DNA from: Takakia lepidozioides
Lineage: Eukaryota > Plantae > Bryophyta
DNA length: 64,000 nucleotides
NCBI GenBank assembly: GCA_030704615.1
Contig: CM060734.1
Span: 49,910,001 to 49,974,000 of the forward strand
Reading direction: 5' to 3'
Part shown: piece by piece, positions 63,760 to 64,000 of the stretch
Layout: each line of letters opens with the position of its first letter
How positions within the stretch are numbered: the first letter of the stretch is position 1
Notes under the pieces: generated by a model
What the model was told of the DNA's origin: nothing
Database searches by the model: none
Seen by the model: the letters and a program-made list of their open reading frames with translations, nothing else
Position numbers and translations under genes: made by a program

Positions 63760-64000
63760 TAGTTTCGCAAAATTTTTAGTTTCTCAATTTCTGTTTCGCT
63801 GAAGAATATTCGAGAGGCATCTTAGGAATATGCAGTATATTCGCTTGTGCTCACGCCCACATGGGCATGCTCATGCCCTACCCAACCTGAAGCTTGCTAG
63901 CCCAAGGCTACGCGGTATTAGGAGGGAGGTACAAGGATCCCACTAACTTAGCCCACTACACAAATCTCTGCCCGACCATGCCACCAAGATTTGAACCCAG

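Overview
This is eukaryotic, intron-containing DNA, most likely from a plant lineage with flagellated sperm (bryophyte, lycophyte, fern or charophyte). That inference rests on a flagellar DRC1 gene lying next to a plastid FAX4-like gene and a Tcn1-type chromovirus. The first ~21 kb hold three spliced host genes: DRC1 (-), whose introns carry several LINE pieces, a UMP-CMP kinase (-) and FAX4 (+). The rest is mostly transposon-derived: a piggyBac-type MITE (TTAA TSD), a decayed chromoviral Ty3/gypsy element, and a full-length L1/Tx1-type LINE inserted in a 53-bp tandem array. The stand-out is a young 12.6-kb Ty3/gypsy element (40689-53290, 4-bp TSD ACCT). Its polyprotein carries a complete DNMT3-like C5 cytosine methyltransferase between protease and RT, and a PHD finger after the DDE integrase. 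Its terminal repeats are circularly permuted (A-internal-B.A.B.A.B). The element ends match the two halves of an internal palindrome, GACA-GC-TGTC, not the PPT/PBS-defined LTR ends, which suggests integration from a circular multi-LTR intermediate. It also appears to self-prime reverse transcription. All calls were made by eye from the sequence and the ORF track; no searches were run.
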